Virus record (IMG/VR): IMGVR_UViG_3300048072_000021
Span: 1-41,604 of that record
Length of the DNA stretch: 41,604 nt
Strand: one strand, 5' to 3'
Source: a virus
Taxonomy: Duplodnaviria > Caudoviricetes
Shown here: positions 15,639 through 24,427 of the stretch, piece by piece
How the letters are laid out: the number at the start of each line of letters is the position of its first letter
How positions within the stretch are numbered: the first letter of the stretch is position 1
The notes under the pieces: generated by a model
Databases searched by the model: none
The model's input: the letters and a program-made list of their open reading frames with translations, nothing else
Told to the model about the DNA's origin: nothing
Program-made: the position numbers and the translations under genes

Positions 15639-18600
15639 TAGAGGGTGATATCCATGAGTTGCCCCGTAATATAGTATTGCTCCGCATGGGGAACAGTTTC
15701 GAGCGCGGCAACTTTCGCGTTGAGTGAATTGAGGATCACCTTCCGGCTTGACCACGGCACGAGTAAGTCGGTCATCGTCAGGACTGTACCCGCATTGCGC
15801 CAGCTATCCAATTGTGCTAGTTCCACGCTGGCCTTGTGTATGGCCGGACGCAGTTCCAGGTCAGGCTTCTCGTCCCCCACCAAGGCGGAGATGTTGTACA
15901 CGTAGCTTGCCGGGTAGATGGTGATCCCCTTGACGAAGACCGCTTCCACAACGGTTTCTTCCTTGACGCCCCCATTGGCCCGCAGGCGGAGGCGGATTTG
16001 TAATCGCTTACCCGCGACATAGTTGGCGGCAAAGGTGACTTCTTGTACCGGGGAAGTGCTTACGTCCGTGCTGACCCGCGTCCAGGCGGTGCTATCATCC
16101 AGGCGGTAATAGACTGTGATCCAACGCGTCGAAGCGGAGAGGTTGCGCGTGACCAGCGTCACGGACACGAATACTTTTTGTAACCCTAAGGCTCCGTCCG
16201 AGAGATACCCCATGTCCAGGTAGCCGTCGTGAATGTAGGAGAAGTTACTATCCCCGTCTGTGTCCAGGTCACGAAGGGGGTCGCGCGTATAGGACGGAAG
16301 CGGCACCCATACCAGATGTGGCCCAACGTTGATCCATAGGTTATCGGACCTCAAACCAGGAACAACCTGCACCCGTAGGTCGGTAATAGGTAAGCCCACC
16401 GGCCCGCGATACAGTTCGTGTACCCCGGACCCGGCCCGGAGATACACGGCGGAAGTGAAAGCAGAGTCCCGCGCGCCCGCATTGACCGCGTAAATAACCT
16501 GATCCCCGGCGTAGGGGATAACGCAGGAGATGACGCCTTGCCGGTCGAAGGGTAGGCCGTCATCCAGATCGGGGCCAACACTTTCGAGCGAGCCATCGAA
16601 GTAACGCATGAGGCGCGGCCCCATATTGAAGTACAGGTACACCCCTGAGTGGGCGGCGGCGCGTCCGTTACTCTCGTCGGCCAGGGTTTCCATTGCCGTT
16701 ACCAGGACAGGCACACTCAAATCATTATTGAGCGTATCAATGCGGTGTAACCTCTGCGCGGCGAATAAAAGATAGGGTTGCAGAAGTTGATCGTTCTGCC
16801 CGTAGGTCACAATGTTACTGATCCTTTGGCCCCCGGTCGGATGTACGTCCGGGTAATCATTCATCAACTGCACGCCCCCGCGCATCTCAATGTTCATCGC
16901 CCCCAAGTCAGAGGCAAGCAGAAGATAAGCGTTACGGATGACGACTTCATCCGCCAGGTTACTCCCTGGTGTAATGTCGCTCGTCATCCACGTCCACACT
17001 CCCGCACTCAGGGCAGAGGTGATGCTGTATTGTTGCTCGTCCAGGTAAACAGACACCTCCGCCAGGAGGATGTCGTGCGTCAGGGTGGCGGAGAAAACGA
17101 AGTGAAGATAGTACGCGGCGATCCCGTTGAAAGTTTCTTGTTTCCAGTCCGTAGGGGTCGTGATCGTAATGGTGCCGGAAGCGGCGAGCGTGGCCCCACC
17201 CGAGGCGGTGCTATCGCTCGCGACGGTGCAGGCGACTAACTTCTCCCCGTTGTAGTAGTAGCACGCGACGGACGCGGCGTTCGCGTTGGCAACGCTTCCG
17301 ACCGTGATATTCACCCGGTCGAACCGTTCACTCTTGCCTACGACTAAGGCGTCGTTTTGCTGAAACGCAAAAGCCTCATCTGTCAGGTCGCGCCCATCCC
17401 GTCCCCCAAGCGCGGCGCGGTGGGTGTAGGCCTCGGTATCAATGACTGCAATCTCAGCCAGGGCGGTGGTCGAGAGTAAGGTGCCAGAACATTTCAGGCG
17501 CATGGCGTAGCCGGTCACGGAGTTGGCGGTGTACTCCGCCCAATCCCCCGGCATATTGAAGCTGATCGTTTGTTTGCCAATCACCCCGAAGGGGGTATTC
17601 ACCACGCCCCCAAAGTTTCCGGTGATAGTATGGCTAACAAACTCCTCTCCATTGAAATACTCCGCCGTGAGGGTGAGCGGGGTGGTGGTGTTGGCGACCG
17701 TGATGTTAGCTTGGATGGTGTTGTACTTGGCGTCACTGATCACCACGAGATCGTTAATCGTAGTGAGCGGAATGGTATCGGTGCTGTCATCCAGGCCATC
17801 GAATAACTTGGGCACAGAGGTATGCACTCCCGTACTTGGCACCATCGTGCTCACGCTAGTTGCGACGCGGTAGTTATCGAGAGTGGTGTGATACACGTAA
17901 TCCGCGATTAGCTCCTGTTGTTGAGCATACGTGCGATTGGAGAGCCGCAAGCGCAAATCGCCTGACGAGCAGGCAACATCCGACTTGATCAGGACGCCCA
18001 CCTTGCGCCCACTCGCGATATTCAACGGGGTTTCCAGATCATGTGCGGCAATCGTGCCGGTTATAAACCCACCCGCGACGGCGACTTTCGTCCCGAACTC
18101 ACCCACGGACTGCGTACAGTTGGTGATAACCCCCGCTTGCCAGGGTGTATCCGTAGGAGCGATCTCCCCAAGCGGGTTGTACAAATCCCCCCACGCAGGG
18201 GGAACCGCGAACTTGTAATACACAGAGCCGAGCGCGTGACCGTTGTTGTACCCGTACAGGTATTGGCGCGGGTAAGTGGGATCGGGGACCAGAGTTGCGC
18301 CAGTCATACGGGCGACACTCTCTTGCGCGGTGACATCCGTCCAAACCCCCGCATTGTTATAGGAACGCACGCGATACATCGCCGCGTTACTCGCAAACAA
18401 AATATAAAACCACTCCCCGGCGTCAATCGCCCCGGTGGGGTGCGCGAAAAAGGCGGTGAGCAGGGTCCAGTAGTTCACCCCCAAAACCACGTACTCCGTG
18501 TTGGTGCTATGGGTCATCAACCAGGGCGTATCCACGTTGATCACGGAGCCACTCGCGGAAGTGATGGCGCGCCAGGGCTTTTCTTCTTCGCTCCCTGGCC

Positions 18601-19714
18601 CCTTGATAATTAGAACAACCCCGCCCCCCAGGTCGGTTGTCCAGTTCTGAGTCGCGTCCACGAGTTGCGTCAAATCTCCGGCGTTACTGTCCGCGCATCC
18701 GCGCCACCCGTTCATATAGAGTGCCCCAAAGTCGTCGCTGTTGGGCGCGCGCAGGGCATACAGTTGGCGTTTGTACTCAAAGGTTTTATAGCTATATGTT
18801 TGAGGAATACGATCTGAAATGACCGCGCAAGGAGCGCGATAGGGGGAAACGGTTGTCCAGGTCGTCCCATCGGTAGACTGCCGAGAACTCAACGCAGAGA
18901 CAGCTTCCCCTAAAACCTGCCAGTTATTCGTTGCGGTGCCATCGGTGACACTTTCGTAAACTAGCCAGTACAACGTCCCCGCAGTCAAGGTAAGGGTGGT
19001 ATTGAGGTTGACGACAAATTGCCGGGGGATTTCTTCGGTGCCAAACGCGGCGGCGGTCAAGGTTCCGTTTGCGAGCGAAGCGTTTGGATCGGCCAGCGCG
19101 CCCGCCCCTCCATCGTCCGAGTAGATCGCCACGCGCAGGGTGCCGGGAGGCGTCCCTAAAATGGTGATAGGTAAGACGAGCCTATTAGTCGAGAATGTAA
19201 ATGACGGGGTAAACTGTCGGGCCACGAACTGCGCCGCCCCGTACAAGGGGATGTACGCAATCAAGGTGGATGACGTGGTAGGCATGAGGGCGTAGTCCTC
19301 ATACGGGGCATCTCCGCCCGCTTGCCCCCCGGTCCAGACGGGCAAGCCTGAAAGTGTGAGTTGATCTTCCACGTGTGAGAGCACATTCCCCGCGTCCGAG
19401 TAACGGGTCTTGTCCTTGTGGAAGTAGCGCATCCCCCGCCCCCCGGCCCATGTCCCTTGTTCGTAAGGTTGCCAAGGCGGTTGAAAATCGGCATACTCCC
19501 CGCCCGCGTTGGTCATGCGAATCGCCTGATTGGGGAACGTGTTCCGCGTCAGGCCTTCGGGGTCAGGTTCGTAAATCGTTTTGCGCGTCCTGCGGTCTGT
19601 TCCGGCGACACGCACGAGATTGAGAAGAACTTTATTCCCGCTTGCGTCAGCCAACTTGAGATGATGCGACGGAGCCAGGGAGGTAGGGGTTACGTCATCA
19701 ACGGGATAGGTCAT
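15638..19714 (-). CDS. large tail protein (nozzle-like, with inserted beta-rich domains)
   Basis: 1358 aa, beta-rich; follows the adaptor gene as in podovirus layouts; C-terminal ITVYYRLDD...GKRLQIRLRL. Confidence 0.7.
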   Translation of the reverse strand: MTYPVDDVTPTSLAPSHHLKLADASGNKVLLNLVRVAGTDRRTRKTIYEPDPEGLTRNTFPNQAIRMTNAGGEYADFQPPWQPYEQGTWAGGRGMRYFHKDKTRYSDAGNVLSHVEDQLTLSGLPVWTGGQAGGDAPYEDYALMPTTSSTLIAYIPLYGAAQFVARQFTPSFTFSTNRLVLPITILGTPPGTLRVAIYSDDGGAGALADPNASLANGTLTAAAFGTEEIPRQFVVNLNTTLTLTAGTLYWLVYESVTDGTATNNWQVLGEAVSALSSRQSTDGTTWTTVSPYRAPCAVISDRIPQTYSYKTFEYKRQLYALRAPNSDDFGALYMNGWRGCADSNAGDLTQLVDATQNWTTDLGGGVVLIIKGPGSEEEKPWRAITSASGSVINVDTPWLMTHSTNTEYVVLGVNYWTLLTAFFAHPTGAIDAGEWFYILFASNAAMYRVRSYNNAGVWTDVTAQESVARMTGATLVPDPTYPRQYLYGYNNGHALGSVYYKFAVPPAWGDLYNPLGEIAPTDTPWQAGVITNCTQSVGEFGTKVAVAGGFITGTIAAHDLETPLNIASGRKVGVLIKSDVACSSGDLRLRLSNRTYAQQQELIADYVYHTTLDNYRVATSVSTMVPSTGVHTSVPKLFDGLDDSTDTIPLTTINDLVVISDAKYNTIQANITVANTTTPLTLTAEYFNGEEFVSHTITGNFGGVVNTPFGVIGKQTISFNMPGDWAEYTANSVTGYAMRLKCSGTLLSTTALAEIAVIDTEAYTHRAALGGRDGRDLTDEAFAFQQNDALVVGKSERFDRVNITVGSVANANAASVACYYYNGEKLVACTVASDSTASGGATLAASGTITITTPTDWKQETFNGIAAYYLHFVFSATLTHDILLAEVSVYLDEQQYSITSALSAGVWTWMTSDITPGSNLADEVVIRNAYLLLASDLGAMNIEMRGGVQLMNDYPDVHPTGGQRISNIVTYGQNDQLLQPYLLFAAQRLHRIDTLNNDLSVPVLVTAMETLADESNGRAAAHSGVYLYFNMGPRLMRYFDGSLESVGPDLDDGLPFDRQGVISCVIPYAGDQVIYAVNAGARDSAFTSAVYLRAGSGVHELYRGPVGLPITDLRVQVVPGLRSDNLWINVGPHLVWVPLPSYTRDPLRDLDTDGDSNFSYIHDGYLDMGYLSDGALGLQKVFVSVTLVTRNLSASTRWITVYYRLDDSTAWTRVSTDVSTSPVQEVTFAANYVAGKRLQIRLRLRANGGVKEETVVEAVFVKGITIYPASYVYNISALVGDEKPDLELRPAIHKASVELAQLDSWRNAGTVLTMTDLLVPWSSRKVILNSLNAKVAALETVPHAEQYYITGQLMDITL

Positions 19715-20655
19715 GGGATGGGGTAAAACTCATCGGGAGTTCCGCTATAACGCGGGTTTGAAATGTTGAAGGTTTTCACCTGGCGCTTGGGCCTGAGCGG
19801 GGCGAAGGTGGTGGACAAGCGCGCCTCCTCTTGCTCGAGTTCGCTCATTATATCGGCCATGCGTGGGTTGACGAAGTTTCCCCCATGCCGCAGGGAGAGG
19901 ATGTGCCGACACGCCCGGACGACGACCAATTGAAACGGGATACCCTGATCGAGTTCTGTCCAGGTGCGTAGGCCAAGCGGATTCAGGAACGGATGCTGTC
20001 CGAGCATGGTCACGCGTAAGGCGTACCCGGTCGGGGGTTGCCACGCCAGTTCGAGAACATTCATGGTGCCGGGGTTTGATTTCACGACTTGCCAGGGAAT
20101 ATCCAAGACGCGCCACTGATTATCGTTGCTGTCGTTGAGCTTGGTTTGTATCTCAACCTTGATCACTTCCGCGTCAGTGTCAATCACCACCGGAATATCC
20201 CCGGCGTCGGTCTGTTCTACGAGACTGTATTCAGTCTGCGCGGCGACGGTCGTATAGTCGGCGGTTCGCACATAAACGATCTTGCCCAGGCTCTCAATCG
20301 CCCGGTTTACAGCGGCGCGCAGATTGTAAAGATTGTAACGCGCGGTGCATACCGCGTAGTTCACCAGCGACGTAGGAACGGGGTTGAGGACTTCTTCCCC
20401 TACAGTGATCGTACCCGTGGATGATTCAAAATCTCCCACCACGTCTACCTGCCCACCGTGTCCACCGGGGGAGCCGCCCTCGTCAAGGATCCACACAACC
20501 CCGCCGTTGAAGTGATCGTCGGGATAAGCGGAGAGGCGGGCGTCCACTAGGGTATTACCGGAGCCGCTATCGGCGCGGCCGTTGACCACCCCGCCGAGGC
20601 GTTCGGCCACGAGGTAAGTCAGGGTTGCGAGAGTGTAGGGGTTGTAACGGGTCAT
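19711..20655 (-). CDS. head-tail adaptor protein
   Basis: LATLTYLVAERLG...AVNRAIESL...TTVAAQTEYSL pattern; position. Confidence 0.7.
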   Translation of the reverse strand: MTRYNPYTLATLTYLVAERLGGVVNGRADSGSGNTLVDARLSAYPDDHFNGGVVWILDEGGSPGGHGGQVDVVGDFESSTGTITVGEEVLNPVPTSLVNYAVCTARYNLYNLRAAVNRAIESLGKIVYVRTADYTTVAAQTEYSLVEQTDAGDIPVVIDTDAEVIKVEIQTKLNDSNDNQWRVLDIPWQVVKSNPGTMNVLELAWQPPTGYALRVTMLGQHPFLNPLGLRTWTELDQGIPFQLVVVRACRHILSLRHGGNFVNPRMADIMSELEQEEARLSTTFAPLRPKRQVKTFNISNPRYSGTPDEFYPIP

Positions 20656-20664
20656 AAGGTTTCC

Positions 20665-20683
20665 TTTATACGCGCCACGTCAG
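20665..20683 (-). promoter_or_regulatory. late-type promoter-like element CTGACG-N7-TATAAA
   Basis: Same geometry as elements at 26318 and 41274. Confidence 0.55.
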
Positions 20684-20733
20684 GCGGACACGGCGGCGGG
20701 AGAGGGCGAGGAGATGGGGAAGACGGGAAGGGG

Positions 20734-21819
20734 TCATAAAGCTATTGAAAAACGATACTGTTTAATACTGGCGGTATCTTGTGTGCCAAAATATGACAGT
20801 AGCACAAACTGACTCAAATCAGAATCCCAAAACATATCGCTATATCCAGCATCCGGGATTACATTGTCCAAGTATGCGGCGTGCGACCAGGTTGCACCGC
20901 TATCACGCGAAACCCAAACACACGTGCGCCTCCCAAACACAAAGCCGCACATAATAAGAACGGGGTCTGTCCACCAGCTCGCCTCGCCTCGCAGATGGGT
21001 AAGCGTCCAAATCCTATGCCGCCCGCTCACCTCTAAATCTGGCATAGATAAGCCTGCCCACGTCAACCCCATGTCATCAGAAAAGCTAATCCAGGTGTGC
21101 GGACTAAAACCACGCATGACAGCAACAATGCGGGCGTTGCCCAGATATTCCAACCCTACCTCATTCGTCCCCGTCCCAAAGCTAGATATATCACTAACGT
21201 ATGTCCATGTCGCGCCGTTGTCCGCCGACTTTACAAGGATATTTTTTCCGTTGCCCGCCTCCGCGCTTGTCCACATACGCGCCCCCGCGTAAATTACGCC
21301 ATCGTAAACAAAATGGTCATCAGTGGCAAAAACGAGTAAATTGTTAGACTCGCTCAAGCCAATAAAATTTATTAGAGTCGGAGTGCCCCATGTTGCGCCA
21401 CCATCCGTTGAGACGCTCTGCCAAGTTCCATGTGCCGTTGTCGCGTAATCGTTCTTCCACATATGTAGTAAGAGTTTTCCGTCAGGCGCGACCATCAACC
21501 AGGGCTCCTGGCAATCTTCCCCTGCCCCCAATTCGGGCGGGTTCATCGGGAAGCCCGTCACCGATACGCCTGTCAGCGTTTTATCTTCATCGCTCCATGT
21601 CGCGCCGTAATCACCGCTAAACTTGATGTGCAATTCGCCATCATTCATAATATGATTTGATGAGCGATAATAGATAAGTACAATCACCCCGTCCACATTT
21701 TCTAAGGTCGGGCGCGCGTACCAATCCGAACCGGCATACTCCCGCACAAGGCTTGTGGCATGGATGGTTACGTCTAACGTTTCGCGCGTTTCAGGCTCGC
21801 CAGCCGCTAAAAATCCCAT
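20734..21819 (-). CDS. sialidase-like BNR/Asp-box beta-propeller protein
   Basis: Five Asp boxes (SGDYGATW, STDGGATW, SADNGATW, SDDMGLTW, SRDSGATW); YARP (RIP-like); AGYSD. Confidence 0.85.
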   Translation of the reverse strand: MGFLAAGEPETRETLDVTIHATSLVREYAGSDWYARPTLENVDGVIVLIYYRSSNHIMNDGELHIKFSGDYGATWSDEDKTLTGVSVTGFPMNPPELGAGEDCQEPWLMVAPDGKLLLHMWKNDYATTAHGTWQSVSTDGGATWGTPTLINFIGLSESNNLLVFATDDHFVYDGVIYAGARMWTSAEAGNGKNILVKSADNGATWTYVSDISSFGTGTNEVGLEYLGNARIVAVMRGFSPHTWISFSDDMGLTWAGLSMPDLEVSGRHRIWTLTHLRGEASWWTDPVLIMCGFVFGRRTCVWVSRDSGATWSHAAYLDNVIPDAGYSDMFWDSDLSQFVLLSYFGTQDTASIKQYRFSIAL

Positions 21820-22583
21820 TTGCTCGTTAGATACGCCTCCACTGACATCCGCTCTACATCTGATAGGGTACGTGAGAAAACCAGTACCTCGCCCACGTAT
21901 CCGGCGATTTCCTGCGAATATCCCAGCCCGCCCCCCAAGTGTCCGGTGCTACTTTGCCCCTGAGAATTTGTGAATGTCCCGTCCGCGACCCCGTTGAGAT
22001 AAAATGTCCCCGTCCCCGCCGCGACGCGCGAAACGGTAAGAAGTTTCCATCCCGCACTTTGAATATTACTGTTTGCAGGACGATCCGCGCCCGCTCCATA
22101 AGTCCCCCAATTGTTCGCTGACATCTTAGAAAAGACATTAGTCTCGTTTGCACTTCCGTCACCATCGGACGAATAAATGCCCCGATACCCCGCTTGTGCA
22201 TCCATTGAAATTGCAAAAAATAAAGTACATGCCTTTGCACCAAGCGTGAGATTATGAGCATAGCGGTGATTGGCAACACCATCGCAAAGCACGGCACTTT
22301 TTCCGTTTTGCACACTGGTTTTGTAAGTCTGCCGATTCCCGTCGGTAGCTTGCGACGCATGTTTTCCGTTGCCAGATTTATCCGCAATTCCCCCTATTTT
22401 TTCGCCGTCCGCCGTGACTGGCGTTGTTCGCGCCGCGTCCTGGAAAAGCGAACTAGTATCCGAAAAATCGAACCATTGCGCAGGCGATAAAGAAAGCGGG
22501 CTAAAAGCCGCCCCCCCGCCCCCACTCAGCACGCCCGCGGTGATCGGCCTCGTGATTAGACGTGGAAAAGTGAGGAGTCTCAT
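21807..22583 (-). CDS. LamG / concanavalin A-like lectin-domain virion protein
   Basis: WFDFSDTSSLFQD...DKSGNGKHASQ...FYLNG...GYVGEVLVFSRTLS..ER..VEAYL..KW. Confidence 0.85.
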   Translation of the reverse strand: MRLLTFPRLITRPITAGVLSGGGGAAFSPLSLSPAQWFDFSDTSSLFQDAARTTPVTADGEKIGGIADKSGNGKHASQATDGNRQTYKTSVQNGKSAVLCDGVANHRYAHNLTLGAKACTLFFAISMDAQAGYRGIYSSDGDGSANETNVFSKMSANNWGTYGAGADRPANSNIQSAGWKLLTVSRVAAGTGTFYLNGVADGTFTNSQGQSSTGHLGGGLGYSQEIAGYVGEVLVFSRTLSDVERMSVEAYLTSKWDF

Positions 22584-22889
22584 CTATCCGCTCATCTGGA
22601 ATTGCAGAGAGGCGGTCGCCGTTTCTTCGATGACCTTGAGGGTGCATCCCTTGAGCGGGATGGTCAGAGGAGGATCGTCTGCCTTGAGTTGGAACCCAAG
22701 CGAGGCGGTTGGGGTAGTCCCGTCTAAGGTAAAACGCACATCTTGAGTGAGCGCCTGAATGACAATCTTCTCTGCGCCACTTGGATTATAGGTTGCCGAG
22801 GGGTGTAGTTGCACGGCGCTTGAAATATTCAGGCCGCTATTGTGCGCTCCGAGCGCGCCGAGTCTCAGTTCATCAACGGAGGTTTGCAT
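22584..22889 (-). CDS. small virion structural protein
   Basis: VRFTLDGTTPTASLGFQL beta-rich motif; AGGAG SD; position. Confidence 0.65.
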   Translation of the reverse strand: MQTSVDELRLGALGAHNSGLNISSAVQLHPSATYNPSGAEKIVIQALTQDVRFTLDGTTPTASLGFQLKADDPPLTIPLKGCTLKVIEETATASLQFQMSG

Positions 22890-23206
22890 TATTCTCTCCT
22901 GTAATTCGCAGGGAGGCGCACGAGGAACGTGCGCCGGTGGGTGGAGTCAATGGGTTTCTCGACGGGGATTACTAGCAGTTCCCCGGTGCCGGTGCGATCT
23001 CCGTAGCGGGCATCCAGTTCTTTCGCGATGCCCGGATCGGACTTGATCAGCATGGCATCGCTCTTACTCCCCAGTGTGAACGAACGACCCTTATCGAGTT
23101 CGTAGGTTTGTTTGAGGGTGGGGGCCAACTTGACGACCTCAAACTGCTGACGGTCTTTGACGGTCGGGGTGTTGGTTTCCCATTTCTGATCGGTTCCAGT
23201 TTTCAT
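22889..23206 (-). CDS. hypothetical protein
   Basis: GGAG SD; ATGA overlap; start at MKTGTDQ. Confidence 0.65.
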   Translation of the reverse strand: MKTGTDQKWETNTPTVKDRQQFEVVKLAPTLKQTYELDKGRSFTLGSKSDAMLIKSDPGIAKELDARYGDRTGTGELLVIPVEKPIDSTHRRTFLVRLPANYRRE

Positions 23207-23451
23207 TCGAGTTTCTCTCCGCAGAAGGGGCAGAAGTAAATCTGCGTTCCGCCTACCCCAAAGCCCGAACCGGGTTTCAGGAAATTCCAAAAGTTCTTAC
23301 GCGCCCGTTTGAGGTTTTTCTTGGCCTCGTTGCTGCATTCGCCATAGCAGACCAGGGCTTCGGGTTCGGGTGGAGGGCTTGCGCTTTCAAGACGTTTGAT
23401 CTCCGCCCACATCTCTTGTTTTGTTGCTTTGATAAAGTTCAATTCAGTCAT
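23203..23451 (-). CDS. small zinc-ribbon protein (FCPFCGEKL)
   Basis: GGAGG SD; Cys pairs. Confidence 0.7.
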   Translation of the reverse strand: MTELNFIKATKQEMWAEIKRLESASPPPEPEALVCYGECSNEAKKNLKRARKNFWNFLKPGSGFGVGGTQIYFCPFCGEKLE

Positions 23452-24044
23452 AAGACTTCCTCCAGGTTCACGCGGGGATATACTTCAAGGCTTCCGCCAA
23501 GTGTGGCGTTGTAGACTTTTGCGGGCAACCCATCGCGGATGAGTTCGTGACACCGTTGCCAGCGTTCCGTTTCAACCGCGCCGCGATACTGATCGGTAAA
23601 GTGTCCGCCATCGAGATCGCATCCCACGAGGTAAATTTCATCGAACCCCTTGAGGTGCGCGAGTTGGATGAGGGCGGTAATCCCGTTGACATCACAGAGC
23701 ATCGGAAGGTGGAGCGAACGGGGGAATTTCTTGTGGGTGTGGGGAAACTTGTAATGGTGGCAGGTGTTGATATATTCGACATTGGCATGGGTTCCAAGTT
23801 CTTCTTCCCAATGCGGAAAGATACATTTCTCGCCGCTCTTGATGTGAAGTTGGCACTCCTCGAAAAAGACATCGCTATCATGCGCCCAGGTGTGCGGCTC
23901 AAACCGCGCGTAGTACGTTGGACGCCAGGAAGTTTCAGGATACAGTAAGTGGATACGATTGCAGGCGAAGGTGATCTCCGCCTGCAATCGTTCTAAAGGA
24001 GTTCTGAGAAGTGAAGGGCCGTTGCCCACCACAAAGCATCGCAT
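23448..24044 (-). CDS. DUF115 / Maf / CstII-like glycosyltransferase-fold protein
   Basis: CFVVGNGPSL...TFACNRI...QLAHLKGFDEIYLVGCD...HF...VYNATLGGSLEVYPRV. Confidence 0.8.
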   Translation of the reverse strand: MRCFVVGNGPSLLRTPLERLQAEITFACNRIHLLYPETSWRPTYYARFEPHTWAHDSDVFFEECQLHIKSGEKCIFPHWEEELGTHANVEYINTCHHYKFPHTHKKFPRSLHLPMLCDVNGITALIQLAHLKGFDEIYLVGCDLDGGHFTDQYRGAVETERWQRCHELIRDGLPAKVYNATLGGSLEVYPRVNLEEVL

Positions 24045-24045
24045 G

Positions 24046-24426
24046 TTAGGAGATGGTGATGGTTTGGGTTTCGCCCTGGTTCACGAACACATCCCATCCG
24101 GTGCCATCCCACACAACTTCACAGCCGAAGCCGATCCGTTCCGCGGAGGTGTCAATCGTGATGGTGTCGCCCGTCAACTCATTGAAGCAGGTGATGTTGT
24201 CCGAAGAACCCTGCGAGGCAATCACGAGGGCTTGGTTGGCGGCGACGAAGAACCGACACCACCATCCCGCCGCGATGTCAGTAACGACCGGCAGAGTGAG
24301 GGTGACAGACCCGGACGCGCCGCGGTTGGTAAAAATCTTCCCGATGTCACCGGGGAGAATCTGATACGCCGCGGTTTTTGCGGAGATATTGCGGTAAAGG
24401 CTCGCGCCTAATCCCATGAAGGTCAT
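24046..24426 (-). CDS. capsid decoration/cement protein
   Basis: Directly after MCP; GKIFTNRGASGSVTLTLP motif. Confidence 0.7.
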   Translation of the reverse strand: MTFMGLGASLYRNISAKTAAYQILPGDIGKIFTNRGASGSVTLTLPVVTDIAAGWWCRFFVAANQALVIASQGSSDNITCFNELTGDTITIDTSAERIGFGCEVVWDGTGWDVFVNQGETQTITIS

Positions 24427-24427
24427 G

